Shown: positions 47,294-58,909, counted from the first letter of the stretch. The stretch is DNA of 64,000 nucleotides from a virus (IMGVR_UViG_3300046642_000423:1031-65030), one strand, 5' to 3'. The notes: generated from the letters alone by a model not told the origin. A program made the numbers and translations.

Positions 47294-49519
47294 ATGTACG
47301 CCCTCAATAAAATAAGAGAGCGCATCCACGAAGCTGAACTCATCTACCAGCGTTCCTTCGAGCCTCACACTCCCGCCGAGATCGACGACTTCGAACGTCA
47401 CCTCGTTGCCTCGAACATGTACGTTTACGACTCTTACGGCAAGCCTACTTCCACGCAGAACCTCACCGAGTTTGAGTCGGACTGGATGCTCAATGAACAG
47501 GTCCTGATCCTGTGTGACGCATCCTACTTTCTCACCCGCTATGCTTTCCTCAAGGATGAAGAGAACATCATCCACCGTTTCTCCTTCCGCGTTCCCCAGC
47601 ACATCCTCTACGAAATCATCTGCGACCTTGAATCGCGCGATGCCGCCATCGAGATTATGATCCTCAAGGCGCGCCAGCTGGGCTGTTCTACCCTCATCGA
47701 ACTCTTAATTGCTCATAGAGTAATCTTCTCCTACGGCATCAACGCCATCATCGGTAGCGCCGACCAAACAAAAACTGGCCTCATGGGCAACATGCTCTTC
47801 CTCGCCTACGACATGCTGCCACGATGGCTGCGCCCTGACTCGACGCGTCGAGTGGAATCCGACCGCGGCATGTTGGTATTCGGCCACACCGCATCCGGCG
47901 TATCCTTCCAGCACGGTGCTCAGACTTCTGGCATTGCGCGCGGCACCACACCTACCATCTACCATCTCTCTGAATGCGCATCTTTCACCAATGCCGCACA
48001 GCAAATCGAAGCGTCTCTATTCAAGGCGGTTCACGCTTCTCCCAGCGTATTCGGCGTGCTTGAATCCACCGGCGAGGGTGACAAAGGCTGGTGGCCAGAC
48101 ACCTGGCGGCACGCCAAAGCCAACTGGTCAGACAATCGTTCGCGTCTCTGCCCTATCTTTCTGCCATGGTTCTGCGGCGTAGACATCTGGCCCACACCCA
48201 CTTGGCGCCGCACTCATCCTGCTCCACCAAGTTGGCGTCCCACCAAGGAAACGCGCGAGCATGTCGCCAAGGCGGAACTCTACGTGCGTTCCAATCCCCT
48301 GCTTGAGCGCCATCTCATCAACCACCAGCGTGCCACCGGTGAACTCTCCACCGACAATAAATACCGCATGCCTTCCTATCAGCAATGGTTCTGGGAGGTC
48401 GATCACGAAGAACACAAGAACAAGGGTATCGAGTCTATTTTCCTACAAGAAATGGCAGGTGATGATGAAGAAGCGCTCCAACGCAGCAGTGAATCCGTCT
48501 TCGGACACGAGACGATCCAGTTACTCGACGACCATCGTATTCGAGACTACCGAGTATACGGTCTATCCGGCCAGTCCATTGAATCCGCTCACGAACCTCC
48601 CACGGACGACATTGATTATGATTTGGAGCGCATCCCCGTTCGCTACTCCTCCATGCGCGCAGAAACCTACCGTTGGGAACTGATTCCACTGAGATTCTCG
48701 ACTCCCTTAAATGAATCCGTTCCCGAGGATGCTTCCGGTAAGCTAATCGTCTTCCACCCACCCACTCCCGGCGTTACCTACTCCATTGGCGTGGACACAT
48801 CGCAAGGCAAGGGTGCCGACTCCACGGTCATCTCCGTCTGGTCAGTCGGCGAGGGTACTCAGCAAGATCAGCAATGCGCTGAGTTCGCTTCTCCCTATGT
48901 GAACCACGTAGAAGCATTCTCCTTCATCCTCTGCATCGCTGCCTACTACGCTCAGTACATGGAGCAAGGTGTCACGCGTTGGAAAGAACCTCTGGTTTCG
49001 ATCGAACAATTAGCCGCTGTAGGCGACACCGCACAGAATCAGATGAAACAAATGGGCTACAAGAACTTCAATCGCTTCTCACGTTATGATGGTAAGAATC
49101 CCGCTAAAAGTAAGCGCATGGCGACCCGCAATGGCTGGTTCACTACTGCCTGGTCACGCCCACTTCTTCTTGTCAACTACATCACCTGCGCTAAAAACAA
49201 CTGGTCGCAGATCAATTCTCCCTGGCTGATCAACGAAATGAAACATTTCGAGGTCCACGTGACCGCTACCGGCAAGGAAAAGCTCGAGCACGAGGAAGAC
49301 GAGCACGATGACCGCATCTTCGCGGCCGCCATCGCCATTTTCTGCCCGCATGACATGGATAAACTCGCATCGCGCTCTAATAACCGCCTAACCGAACTCG
49401 TCTCCGCCCCTCCTATAGACCTCTCACCCTATCGCGGCCAAGTCATCACCCAATCCCAACTCCGTAACTCCTCTGAACTCACCCTCAACGATCTCATTTA
49501 CACAAATCGACGTCGGTGA
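47294..49519 (+). CDS. terL: Terminase large subunit
   Basis: [11 protein letters not shown] Walker A, YHLSE Walker [14 protein letters not shown] and HDDRIFA nuclease motifs. Confidence 0.93.
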   Translation: MYALNKIRERIHEAELIYQRSFEPHTPAEIDDFERHLVASNMYVYDSYGKPTSTQNLTEFESDWMLNEQVLILCDASYFLTRYAFLKDEENIIHRFSFRVPQHILYEIICDLESRDAAIEIMILKARQLGCSTLIELLIAHRVIFSYGINAIIGSADQTKTGLMGNMLFLAYDMLPRWLRPDSTRRVESDRGMLVFGHTASGVSFQHGAQTSGIARGTTPTIYHLSECASFTNAAQQIEASLFKAVHASPSVFGVLESTGEGDKGWWPDTWRHAKANWSDNRSRLCPIFLPWFCGVDIWPTPTWRRTHPAPPSWRPTKETREHVAKAELYVRSNPLLERHLINHQRATGELSTDNKYRMPSYQQWFWEVDHEEHKNKGIESIFLQEMAGDDEEALQRSSESVFGHETIQLLDDHRIRDYRVYGLSGQSIESAHEPPTDDIDYDLERIPVRYSSMRAETYRWELIPLRFSTPLNESVPEDASGKLIVFHPPTPGVTYSIGVDTSQGKGADSTVISVWSVGEGTQQDQQCAEFASPYVNHVEAFSFILCIAAYYAQYMEQGVTRWKEPLVSIEQLAAVGDTAQNQMKQMGYKNFNRFSRYDGKNPAKSKRMATRNGWFTTAWSRPLLLVNYITCAKNNWSQINSPWLINEMKHFEVHVTATGKEKLEHEEDEHDDRIFAAAIAIFCPHDMDKLASRSNNRLTELVSAPPIDLSPYRGQVITQSQLRNSSELTLNDLIYTNRRR

Positions 49520-49535
49520 TATACAGTTTCCACGC

Positions 49536-49808
49536 ATGAATATCGTCTATCCGCAGCCGAAAGAGATTCGCACGATCGAAACGGTCACCACGGGTCCCGC
49601 TGGACCGATAGGACCTGCCGGCGATCGTGGTGAACCTGGAATGCCAGGAGTCAGAGGTATATCGGGCAAGGATGGCGAGCGCGGCCCGCGCGGATTCACT
49701 GGCGATCAGGGCCTTCCCGGCAAGGATGCTCCCGTCCACATCCAATACATGACCTATCTGCTCCTGATCGTTCAACTTCTTGAAATTGTTTACTTGGCGA
49801 CTCGCTAA
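49536..49808 (+). CDS. Short collagen-like protein with C-terminal hydrophobic helix
   Basis: [16 protein letters not shown]... followed by [17 protein letters not shown]. Confidence 0.7.
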   Translation: MNIVYPQPKEIRTIETVTTGPAGPIGPAGDRGEPGMPGVRGISGKDGERGPRGFTGDQGLPGKDAPVHIQYMTYLLLIVQLLEIVYLATR

Positions 49809-50245
49809 TGGCCAACTCCATCCAGAAGAATCCCAATGGCCCTCTCTGGCCGCTCGGTTTTATTGCCGTCGTTACTCCCGGCACGCCCGTCTCGTTCATG
49901 TCTCTGGTAGATCCCACGAACGACAACGCGCCCGACGCTCCCACCTCCACAACTTCCGCCGAATACACTCCACGCTGTCAAGAGTTCATCATCACCGCTC
50001 AGAAACCCGGCGCAGCGCATGGCACGCAACTCAATACCGGCAACGTGTACATCCTCATTGCACCGACGCCCACCGGTTCAGGCAACCGCGACGACATGGG
50101 CTCGCTCATCCTACCCATGGTCCCCGGCGCGGTTTTCTTCCTCTCCTCCGCCTTCATCAACCTGAACGTATGGTCGCCCTACAAACTCCTCGTAGACGCC
50201 GACAACGCCGGAGATGGCGTGCTCGTAACCATGGTTATCCAGTAA
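49808..50245 (+). CDS. Virion protein, paralogue of 15026..15472
   Basis: End-to-end similarity with 15026..15472. Confidence 0.75.
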   Translation: MANSIQKNPNGPLWPLGFIAVVTPGTPVSFMSLVDPTNDNAPDAPTSTTSAEYTPRCQEFIITAQKPGAAHGTQLNTGNVYILIAPTPTGSGNRDDMGSLILPMVPGAVFFLSSAFINLNVWSPYKLLVDADNAGDGVLVTMVIQ

Positions 50246-50249
50246 TCCA

Positions 50250-51692
50250 ATGGGCATAACCGACTACATCGCACCGGGCGGCAGCGGCGGCGGTGGAACG
50301 CAAGGTCCCCAGGGACCGCAGGGACCGCAGGGTACGAATGGTGCCGCTGGCGCGCAAGGACCGCAAGGCGTACAGGGAGTCCAAGGAGCAACTGGATCGA
50401 CTGGTTCAACTGGACCTCAAGGGGCGCAAGGGTCCACGGGAGCCCAGGGTTCTACGGGCGCTCAGGGCGCAACGGGATCAACTGGCGCGCAGGGTGCTCA
50501 AGGTAGTACTGGCGCGCAGGGCGCAACGGGCGCTCAAGGTGCGACTGGTTCACAGGGGGCCACCGGAGCCCAAGGCGCTACAGGGGTGCAAGGTGCAACC
50601 GGAGCGCAAGGCAGCACAGGCGCTCAGGGCGTACAAGGCGCACAGGGCAGCCAAGGTTCTACCGGAGGAGTCTCGCTCCTCTATACCTTCAGCACTACAA
50701 CCACCACACCAACTTCCAATAACGGTCAGATCCGCTTCAACAACGCAACTTTTGGCTCGATCACGCACGTCTATATCACCCGCCAAGATCGCAACACAAA
50801 CGATCTCACTGCCACACTCGCGCTCATTGTAAACGGCACCACACTCGAAACATTCCAAGAATCCACGCCCGCGACTTTCGCAACTTTCAGCGTGACCGCA
50901 GCCTCGCAGCAAACCAACTACTACGATTACACTGTCACACCACTCTCGGGCGCGATTCTCACAAACAATGCGAACTCTGCCGCCAGCTTCTCCGCTACCG
51001 GTCCACAAGGAGCACAGGGAGCGACCGGCGCACAGGGAGTTCAAGGTGTGCAAGGTGTGCAGGGAGCAACCGGTGCTCAGGGTGCGCAGGGGGCCCAAGG
51101 TGTGCAAGGACCACAAGCCGCCGGTAACGCAGGCGACACAAAAATCTCCGCCATGTCTTCTGGCTTACCGGGCACTCTTTCCGATCAACTCGTCATCGCG
51201 CGCAGCGGTTCCAACTTCAATCTTCCATCGGCGGCATTCTTCGTGCAAGGCGCTCAGTTCTCCGCCACCGCCACTACTCCCACTTCCATTCAAGGCTGCC
51301 AAACCACGGCCGTGCTCGCTGCATCTGCGACCTACCATTTCAATGCCATCATTGGCGTGCAAGGTGTGGGCATCCAAGGCTACCAGTGGGGATTCCAATG
51401 CACGCAATCCGGCGCCCACCAAGGCAGCGCCATGAACGTAAAAGTCAGCATGGGACCGCAAGGAACGGTTGCCGCCGCCACAGGATTCCAATCCTACTTA
51501 GCTGTTGGCTTTGGCATCCAAGGCGCGCAGGGCGGTGGTGCGGTCGGCAATAGCTGGATGGAATGTGATGGTGTCTTCACGACCAATACCGTCGCGGGCA
51601 GTGTATTCGGTATCCAGATCCAAGGGAAACAAGCCACCGTTACGCCCGCCATCCTCGCCAATTCCTATCTCAAAGTGGAGCGTATCGCATGA
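50250..51692 (+). CDS. Collagen-like fibre protein
   Basis: Two (G-X-Q/T)n tracts separated by beta domains. Confidence 0.8.
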   Translation: MGITDYIAPGGSGGGGTQGPQGPQGPQGTNGAAGAQGPQGVQGVQGATGSTGSTGPQGAQGSTGAQGSTGAQGATGSTGAQGAQGSTGAQGATGAQGATGSQGATGAQGATGVQGATGAQGSTGAQGVQGAQGSQGSTGGVSLLYTFSTTTTTPTSNNGQIRFNNATFGSITHVYITRQDRNTNDLTATLALIVNGTTLETFQESTPATFATFSVTAASQQTNYYDYTVTPLSGAILTNNANSAASFSATGPQGAQGATGAQGVQGVQGVQGATGAQGAQGAQGVQGPQAAGNAGDTKISAMSSGLPGTLSDQLVIARSGSNFNLPSAAFFVQGAQFSATATTPTSIQGCQTTAVLAASATYHFNAIIGVQGVGIQGYQWGFQCTQSGAHQGSAMNVKVSMGPQGTVAAATGFQSYLAVGFGIQGAQGGGAVGNSWMECDGVFTTNTVAGSVFGIQIQGKQATVTPAILANSYLKVERIA

Positions 51693-51789
51693 CCACCAAC
51701 ACAATTCAAAAGCAGATCCGTGAACTGAAACGTATCTTCCGCGAAGCGTTCAACGCCATGTTCAAAGGAATGTAAGGAGAGAACCAAAG

Positions 51790-52155
51790 ATGGCAAAGAC
51801 AACTCTATTCTCCCGCACCTCGCAAACTCTCGCCATCGGCTCATTCGCTTCTCCCAATCTCGTTCTCTCAGCCAATCCCTTCGACATCATCCGCATGACC
51901 TTCACTCCTACTGGAACGGTCGCTCCCAACTTCACCATGAAGGTAGGATTCTACCGTCTCGATTCCGGTATCTTCGTGCCGATCGCATCCGTCACCGCCG
52001 ATGCTGGATTCGCCACTGGAGGACCGCAATATCTCCAGTTCGGCGCGCAGCCTGTCGTGGGACAGACCATACAAGCGCAGCTTGTCATCGCTGGAAGCGC
52101 AGTCACCACCGCTATTCTCATCGAGGGTGGGTTAAGTTCAGACTTCCCCAGATAA
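51790..52155 (+). CDS. Putative virion beta-sandwich protein
   Basis: AAGGAG SD; beta-rich composition. Confidence 0.55.
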   Translation: MAKTTLFSRTSQTLAIGSFASPNLVLSANPFDIIRMTFTPTGTVAPNFTMKVGFYRLDSGIFVPIASVTADAGFATGGPQYLQFGAQPVVGQTIQAQLVIAGSAVTTAILIEGGLSSDFPR

Positions 52156-52158
52156 CAA

Positions 52159-53442
52159 ATGGCCACCAAGCTCTTTATGAAACAGTTCCAGTCCTCCGCC
52201 AATCTGACCAATCAATTTGCGTCCAATCCAACTTACAGCTATGCCAGCGTGACCGCTCAAGTTCTCACCTTCATCACTTCCATTACCAATACCGTCGCAT
52301 CCGGCACAAAAATTCAATGTACCAAGACGGCCGGCGGAGCCATCCTCCAGTTTATTTCTCCTCCCTTAGCCGCAGCCGTCACCATCTCAGGCACCATTAC
52401 CAACAACTGCTGGGCACTGGAATCGAACAACCTCGCCAATGCCGGAATGCGTTGCATTCACTCTCGTTGGTCAGACGGAACCGTCATCTCTGATACTTCT
52501 AAGGGCGTTGAACTCACCACTTCCGCCGCAGTTCAGAACTGGACTGATGCTGCCCCCACCTCCACCATCATCGGCGTCAACGACCGCATTGTAATCACCT
52601 GGTATGTCACCAACGTCGGCACGATGGGTGGCAGCCAAACCGTCACCCTCGACTATGGCGGCAAGACCGCAGCCGCTGACGGTGATACCTGGGTGCAATT
52701 CACCGAGAACATAACCTTCCAGACCGAAGCGGAGCTGGTTCAGTTTGCCAATCAAGTATTCACTTCTGTCAGCGGAAACACAGTCGCTGCATCTCTCCCC
52801 GGAATCAGCGCTGCGGGAAATCTCCTTGTGGTCAGTGGAGGCTTATCCGTCCAATCCGAAACGATGACCATCGCCGATGATAAAGTGGACACCTTCACCG
52901 GATTTCCCGGCAATCCCACCAACTGGGGCTCTGTACAGCGTGAATACTTCTGGTACGCGCAAAACATCATCGGAGGATCAGCCACCACTGTCACCTTAAC
53001 CAAATCCGCATCGAACACCAACGGTCGCGGCGTATCCGTCGCAGAATATGGAGGCATGGCCACCAGCGCATTCGATGCTTCTCCATCCGCGCCTAACACT
53101 GGAACAGGTACAGCCATTACCAGTAACCTGACTGCGGTTACAGCCGTTCCTTGTGAACTCATTGTCTGCATTGAAGACGACTTAGGTGTCAGCGTCAGTG
53201 CGGGAACCAACTTTGTGAAACGACAGACCAACGCAGAAGGGCAATGCATGTTCGATCGTAGCGTGCAAGTGGGAGCTGCCTACCAAGGACTCGCAACCTT
53301 AACCACATCTGTCGCCTGGATTATGCACGTTGCCACCTTTAAATGGGCAGTTCAGCCAGCCGCAGGTCACATTCAAATGGAAAACAGCCTCACTGGTGGT
53401 ATCGCACAGGAATCCACCGGAGACATTTCACTTGAGTACTAG
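52159..53442 (+). CDS. Putative virion fibre/decoration protein
   Basis: Thr-rich beta domains; the C-terminal half resembles the repeated domain of 15469..17067. Confidence 0.6.
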   Translation: MATKLFMKQFQSSANLTNQFASNPTYSYASVTAQVLTFITSITNTVASGTKIQCTKTAGGAILQFISPPLAAAVTISGTITNNCWALESNNLANAGMRCIHSRWSDGTVISDTSKGVELTTSAAVQNWTDAAPTSTIIGVNDRIVITWYVTNVGTMGGSQTVTLDYGGKTAAADGDTWVQFTENITFQTEAELVQFANQVFTSVSGNTVAASLPGISAAGNLLVVSGGLSVQSETMTIADDKVDTFTGFPGNPTNWGSVQREYFWYAQNIIGGSATTVTLTKSASNTNGRGVSVAEYGGMATSAFDASPSAPNTGTGTAITSNLTAVTAVPCELIVCIEDDLGVSVSAGTNFVKRQTNAEGQCMFDRSVQVGAAYQGLATLTTSVAWIMHVATFKWAVQPAAGHIQMENSLTGGIAQESTGDISLEY

Positions 53443-53989
53443 CATCCCTGGATGGATGAGCGAAAAAGAACTCGCCTGGCTGGCTGACACTGCCAAGGGA
53501 TATTTCTCTATTGTGGAAGTCGGCTCATGGCGTGGCCGCACAACGAAAGTTCTTGCCGACAACACGCGCGGGCATATCTTCGCCGTGGATACCTGGGACG
53601 ACAATGCGATCGGATATGAAGACAGCTGGACCGTCGCTGACCGTGAACTCGAACTCTACTCGCGTCCTGACTGGCTCTTGCAAGAGTTCCAATACAATTT
53701 GCGCGACCATCTCGGCGGCAAGCTCCTAGCGCTGCGCATGACTTCCAAGGCCGCAGCCAGCCTGCTCAAATCGAACATGCTAACCTTCGACATGATCTTT
53801 CTCGATGCAGACCACTCTTACAACTCTGTGTGTGAGGACATTTTCACATGGCGACCTCTCCTGCGCCCGACCGGACTCCTTTGTGGCCACGACTTCAACG
53901 ATCCACGTTGCCCAGAAGTAGCCGCCGCGGTGCGCAGCCTTATCCCCGATGCACGAGTAGCCTGCGATACGATTTGGTGTGCTCAGTGA
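53432..53989 (+). CDS. Methyltransf_24-like O-methyltransferase
   Basis: IPGWMSEKEL, VEVGSWRGRTT, FDMIFLDADHSY and LCGHD; GGAG SD + TTG. Confidence 0.9.
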   Translation: MSTSIPGWMSEKELAWLADTAKGYFSIVEVGSWRGRTTKVLADNTRGHIFAVDTWDDNAIGYEDSWTVADRELELYSRPDWLLQEFQYNLRDHLGGKLLALRMTSKAAASLLKSNMLTFDMIFLDADHSYNSVCEDIFTWRPLLRPTGLLCGHDFNDPRCPEVAAAVRSLIPDARVACDTIWCAQ

Positions 53990-55758
53990 GATATTCCATA
54001 ATCACACCAACCGTCCTGCGCGAATCTCTACTGAAATGCTGCGAGTCAGTCGATCGTCAGACAAATAGCTCGTGGGAACATCTCATTATGGTCGATACGG
54101 AACTCTCGACCGACATCCTCGTTCGCATCGAACATCCGCAACGCCGCATCATCCGTTGCGATCGTCCACATCGCAATTGGGGCCATACCTGCCGGCATAA
54201 CGCCTACTCTCTAGTTAAGGGTGATTACATCTACCATCTAGATGACGACAACGTATTTGCCGATGACAATGTGTTGAGAGACATGAAGTGCGTCACATCT
54301 GACTGGGCACTCTTTCCCATTGACCATGCCGATCCACAATTCGGCAAGCACTTCTTCAATGATCCACCGGGAATAATGAAAGCGGACACTGGAAGTATCT
54401 TAGTCAAGCGTGGGATTGCTCGCTGGCCAGACCTGGATCGCTATGATTGTGATGGCGTGTTCATCGAGCAATTAGTCAAGCAATTCCCTAATTACCAAGT
54501 GTTTCCAGATATGCGTTCGATTATGGTTATGGGAGCATCCGGCAGTGTACTAGTCGAGGTGAAGTCTGGCAACCGTGTGAGCATCTACACTGCTTCACAT
54601 TCCAATGCTTACCTGCGCGATACCTACGATTCCATCAAAGATCAAGACTTCCACGAATGGATCATCGCTTACAACAACGGTGGCGTGCCCACCAACTTTG
54701 GCGATTCACGAGTCAAGCCAATGGTTCTATACAAATCCCCCGAGCGTGTCGGCGCACTGAAATCCTATGCTTGCGAACAATGCACTGGAGACATTCTTCT
54801 CGAACTCGACCATGATGATCTCCTGATGCCCACCGCGATCGCCGAGGTCCAGCACGCCTTCGAGGATGAAGCTATCGGCTTCGTCTACTCGAATTCCCTC
54901 CATGTCACCGAATCGCTCGATCCGATGCCTCGCTACGATGAATCCTTCGGCTGGCGATATCGTGAGGTCACCTTCCGCGGCAAGAAACTCGATGAATTTG
55001 TGTCGTTCCCGCCAACCCCTGAATCTGTATCGCGCATTTGGTACGGACCCGACCACCTGCGCGCATTCCGCCGCTCCATCTACCAACAAATAGGTGGTTA
55101 TGACCAGTCCATGACCATTCTCGATGACTCCGATCTCTGTTGTCGCATGTACCTTGCCACAAAGATGCTGCACATCGACAAGCCACTCTACGTCTACAGG
55201 GTTCATGGACAAAACTCATGGTTACGTTTCAACGATGATATCCAAAGAGGAGTCTATTCAGTCTACGATAAATACATCGAACGGATTGTAGATAGATGGG
55301 CTGAAATGAATAGTAAGTTCCAGTTCCCAAAACTTGAGATAGGCTGCAAATCTAGCGCACGAGATGGTTATATCGCGACATGGACCATAGATGATTTCCC
55401 TGAAAGTTCCGCAAGTGTGATTCGCGCGACAGATTCCCTTGCTATGTTGCCAAATCCTATGCAAACAATGAAGGAAATATCCCGCGTGTTGCGTCCCGGC
55501 GGCTGGCTCATGTGCCAAGTACCATCCACCGACGGCCGCGGTGCCTACCAGGACCCTCGCCACATCACTTTCTGGAACGAAAACTCCTTCCTCTACTACA
55601 TTAACCGCAACTGGGCGCAGTACATCGATACGCCCGCGCGCTTCCAAGCCACCCGACTCTACACGACCGAACCGAACGCCAATCGAGTTTGTTGGACCGT
55701 TGCGCATCTCATCAATCTCAAGGATAACTACCGTCCTTGTGGACTAATCGACATATAG
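53986..55758 (+). CDS. GT2-GT2-methyltransferase fusion
   Basis: YSIITPT...YHLDDDN; second GT-A domain with LELDHDD and GGYD; C-terminal MKEISRVLRPGGW...GAYQDPRH methyltransferase-like domain. Confidence 0.85.
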   Translation: MRYSIITPTVLRESLLKCCESVDRQTNSSWEHLIMVDTELSTDILVRIEHPQRRIIRCDRPHRNWGHTCRHNAYSLVKGDYIYHLDDDNVFADDNVLRDMKCVTSDWALFPIDHADPQFGKHFFNDPPGIMKADTGSILVKRGIARWPDLDRYDCDGVFIEQLVKQFPNYQVFPDMRSIMVMGASGSVLVEVKSGNRVSIYTASHSNAYLRDTYDSIKDQDFHEWIIAYNNGGVPTNFGDSRVKPMVLYKSPERVGALKSYACEQCTGDILLELDHDDLLMPTAIAEVQHAFEDEAIGFVYSNSLHVTESLDPMPRYDESFGWRYREVTFRGKKLDEFVSFPPTPESVSRIWYGPDHLRAFRRSIYQQIGGYDQSMTILDDSDLCCRMYLATKMLHIDKPLYVYRVHGQNSWLRFNDDIQRGVYSVYDKYIERIVDRWAEMNSKFQFPKLEIGCKSSARDGYIATWTIDDFPESSASVIRATDSLAMLPNPMQTMKEISRVLRPGGWLMCQVPSTDGRGAYQDPRHITFWNENSFLYYINRNWAQYIDTPARFQATRLYTTEPNANRVCWTVAHLINLKDNYRPCGLIDI

Positions 55759-55779
55759 AGTGGTATACAAAGGAGCCAC

Positions 55780-56256
55780 ATGGGAATCGCACGCAAGTTT
55801 GGCACCATCGAAACCGTTATTTTCTTTCGTAATTACGCTGATCCGACACGTCCGCAGGGTTGGCTGCTCATGGAGCCCTATACAGGTTGTCCTACACCTC
55901 CCGGCTACGAGCGGGATGGCGCTGATTCGCTTCCCGCAGTTGATCGCCTGCATAAAACACTTCACGAGCAAGAGGTTGCCGATCGTTCCGTAGAAGTACT
56001 ACATGACGAGATGGTGTTCGGGCCACACCACGATGCCGTTCGTGATCGCCTATACGCTGCATTGGTATCCTCGCAAACCTTACCCTATGAAAAAGACTTC
56101 ATCCGTGAATATCTGAAATACGATATCGACAAACGTCATAAGTTCCATGCGAAATACATGGAGTTCGTCACTTATCTGCATGCGCGTGAAATGGACACTC
56201 CGAAAGACCGTCCCGTGGATTCCGAGCGCGTCGATTTGGATCGAGTAAACTTTTAA
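55780..56256 (+). CDS. Hypothetical protein
   Basis: AAGGAG SD; lies upstream of the portal. Confidence 0.65.
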   Translation: MGIARKFGTIETVIFFRNYADPTRPQGWLLMEPYTGCPTPPGYERDGADSLPAVDRLHKTLHEQEVADRSVEVLHDEMVFGPHHDAVRDRLYAALVSSQTLPYEKDFIREYLKYDIDKRHKFHAKYMEFVTYLHAREMDTPKDRPVDSERVDLDRVNF

Positions 56257-56429
56257 TGTCGAAAGAAGAACTCATTGAACTGATGAAATATCATCAACCT
56301 TTAGATGGTGGTTGTGGCGGCGAGAGTGGCGAGAGTGGCTGTCAATGTAACGCTAATTTATCTGAATATACATGGCGCGGTTGGTGCGAACACATCCTTG
56401 AAGTTTTAGCAAACGGCAGGAGCGCCTGA
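56256..56429 (+). CDS. Small Cys/His protein (57 aa, not in ORF track)
   Basis: MSKEELIELMKYH...CQC...WCEHI; coupled at both ends. Confidence 0.5.
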   Translation: MSKEELIELMKYHQPLDGGCGGESGESGCQCNANLSEYTWRGWCEHILEVLANGRSA

Positions 56430-58531
56430 TGGCCGACTGGAACGAATCCTCACCTGAGAATAAGGAGTGGCAATGTCCTCCAGCTGCTGTTCGTGAGGAA
56501 CGTAAGATCGGCTGGCTCGATGAAGCCTGCGAAGAGGGCGAAGCGTGGTTGAAATCTCAGCGTGGCTTCCGCACAGGCAACTACAAGCGTGCTCTCGACG
56601 TCATTTCCGGCAATGACATCTACGGCGCCGCCGCATCCTACCGTTCCAAGGTCAATCCGAACCGTCTCAAGCGCAACATCCGCGAAGTGACCGGAACGCT
56701 CGCCAAACTCCGTCCCATGTGGGGTTACAACTCTGAGAATGCAGCCTACAAATCGCAAGCCTTGATGATGAATCAGGTTACGCGCGCGTGGTATCTGCGC
56801 GCCTTCGCCGACCGTTCCATTAAAGAGGCCCTCCAATATGCTGCCGCCACCTGCCGCGGCTGGGTTGTGCCGATGTATCGCCGTGATATGTACGGCACGG
56901 GGCGCGGTGACATCAAACTTTTCACCTACGGCGCCCCATGTATCCTTCCTCTGCAACTTCCCTCTTCCAACGACTTCCAATCCGCCTACGCCATGACTAT
57001 TCTCGACATGATGCCGGTTGCGATGGCGCATGGCATGTTTCCCAAGTTCCAATCTCGCCTGCGTCCATCCTCCTCGCGCTATTGGTTCGCCAACGATGGT
57101 GTACGCAAGGCTGCAACCGGCAACATCGTGCAGCGCATCTTCGGCAAGGGTCCGCGCGGTGATACGGGCCCGCAACTCTCCGATCTTCTCGTGCCGATTC
57201 GCCGCACCTACATCATCGATCTCTCCATCAACACAACGAAGAATCCCATCCCCATGGGCGAGCCTGGTTCCTCCTGGGCGTATACGGTTCCCTACGTTGG
57301 TCAGGACATTCCCACCGGCAGCGATCCGAAATCCGGCTCTCCTACTTACCGTAAAGCCAACGAAAATGATGCACGTCTCTACCCTTACCGCCGTTTAATG
57401 ATCGCCTCTGATCAAGTGGTCATGTATGACGGACCCGGCTTCGATTGGCATGGCATGTTCCCCGGCGTATCCTTTGCTCTTGACGAATATCCATGGGAAC
57501 CACTTGGCTTCTCTTTGGTCAACGATGGGTTCGAGATCAACGAAGCGATTAAGCAGCTCGCTCGCGGCAATATGGATAAAGCGGCCGCGCAATTAGATAT
57601 GCCCTTAGCGTTCGATTCCAACGCCGTCGCTGCCAAGGAAGCCAAAGCCTTCGATCCCATGATGCCTCGAGCGCGTATCGGTTATGACGGCTCTGCCATG
57701 GACGGCGAGCCCTTCCGACCTGTTGTACCGCCCGAGGTCTTAAAGATCACGCCCGAATCGATGGCCATGATTCAATATCTCGAATCCGCCCTCGATTCTC
57801 AAATGGCCATCTCTGACATGCAAGCCCTTGCCAAGCTCCGCGCAGTCGGTTCCATGGACGACATCGAAAAGATCCTCGAAGCCAACGGTCCCATCATCGA
57901 AGACATGTCCCGTTCGATGGAACCGCCCATGCGCGACCTTGGTATAATGACGAAATACAATGTACTCCAGTACTACACGACACCTCGCGTAATGCAGATC
58001 GTCGGCATCGACGGCGTGACTCCGCAAGTATTTGACTATGATCCATCGCAGATTGTTCCTTCTCACTTACCTGGTGAGAATCCAGACTTCCCCTCCATGC
58101 ACGATAAAATCACACGCGCACGAGCCTTCGCCGACAATCTGGAGTTCTTCATACTCCCCAACTCTCTGCATGAAATCACGCAGACACAGATGAAGCTCAT
58201 TCTCATCCAGCTACGCAAGGCCGGCATCAAGATCGACTCACAGACGATCGCCGAAGCATGCAACGTTCCTAACTACGGTACAATTCCCGGTTCCGACGTC
58301 ATGGAACGCTTCAAGAACGAACAGGAAATGGACATTCAGTTCGCCGCGCGCATGCATGAAATTGCAGAGTCAGAGGGTCTTATTCCTCCTCCCACGGCAC
58401 CTGGCGGACCTCCCGGCGCACCTCCTCCGGGTGGAGGCAATCCCGAGGGTCGTCCCACAACTGGCGTAGCGCCACCGCGTGTGGTATCGAAAGACAACGG
58501 GGCCCGCTCGACCATTACCCAATCCAAATGA
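56429..58531 (+). CDS. Portal protein
   Basis: 700 aa between TerL and scaffold/capsid; P22-like features (NRLKRNIRE, PWEPLGFSLV, Pro/Gly tail). Confidence 0.75.
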   Translation: MADWNESSPENKEWQCPPAAVREERKIGWLDEACEEGEAWLKSQRGFRTGNYKRALDVISGNDIYGAAASYRSKVNPNRLKRNIREVTGTLAKLRPMWGYNSENAAYKSQALMMNQVTRAWYLRAFADRSIKEALQYAAATCRGWVVPMYRRDMYGTGRGDIKLFTYGAPCILPLQLPSSNDFQSAYAMTILDMMPVAMAHGMFPKFQSRLRPSSSRYWFANDGVRKAATGNIVQRIFGKGPRGDTGPQLSDLLVPIRRTYIIDLSINTTKNPIPMGEPGSSWAYTVPYVGQDIPTGSDPKSGSPTYRKANENDARLYPYRRLMIASDQVVMYDGPGFDWHGMFPGVSFALDEYPWEPLGFSLVNDGFEINEAIKQLARGNMDKAAAQLDMPLAFDSNAVAAKEAKAFDPMMPRARIGYDGSAMDGEPFRPVVPPEVLKITPESMAMIQYLESALDSQMAISDMQALAKLRAVGSMDDIEKILEANGPIIEDMSRSMEPPMRDLGIMTKYNVLQYYTTPRVMQIVGIDGVTPQVFDYDPSQIVPSHLPGENPDFPSMHDKITRARAFADNLEFFILPNSLHEITQTQMKLILIQLRKAGIKIDSQTIAEACNVPNYGTIPGSDVMERFKNEQEMDIQFAARMHEIAESEGLIPPPTAPGGPPGAPPPGGGNPEGRPTTGVAPPRVVSKDNGARSTITQSK

Positions 58532-58749
58532 ATCATACAAATGGACATACGGCCATAGCTCCTGTTATCGACCATCATAAACTCGTGCGCGAGCGCGGCT
58601 TTCTTCCCTCCACTTCCCTCGCCGAAATCTGCGCGCATTTGAATGATTCCAACTCCACCGGAACCCTGATGATCGACTTCTCGCAAGGCGCAATGAACTC
58701 CATCCGCTTCCGTGAAGAACAAAAAGTATCCTTCGACGACAACAAATAA
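58528..58749 (+). CDS. Hypothetical protein
   Basis: ATGA overlap with the portal gene. Confidence 0.6.
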   Translation: MNHTNGHTAIAPVIDHHKLVRERGFLPSTSLAEICAHLNDSNSTGTLMIDFSQGAMNSIRFREEQKVSFDDNK

Positions 58750-58845
58750 CTAAAATCTCCTTGACAACCACTAGGGTAATCATCGTACAGTCACATCCGT
58801 TAGCGGGATTCAAACTGGCGCAGCCTTAATTGGCGCGCGTACCAA

Positions 58846-58909
58846 GCGGCCCGCGTAGGACAGGATGGCTTCTTCCCCCATCTTCTCTTGCGCGGGCCGT
58901 TTTCTATTT
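58846..58909 (+). terminator. Long stem-loop with T-rich tail
   Basis: GCGGCCCGCG (58846-55) pairs with CGCGGGCCGT (58891-900), with an inner AGGATGG/CCATCTT stem, followed by TTTCTATTT. Confidence 0.6.

Noticed and set aside
50290-51120. Tandem 9-nt periodic repeats as a possible CRISPR array or VNTR
   Set aside because: They are degenerate codons of Gly-X-Y collagen, with no constant repeat or unique spacers.
56450-57175. Long antisense ORFs (also 22740..23423, 46964..47602, 27465..28208)
   Set aside because: They are shadows of real genes on the opposite strand, with no SD or motifs.
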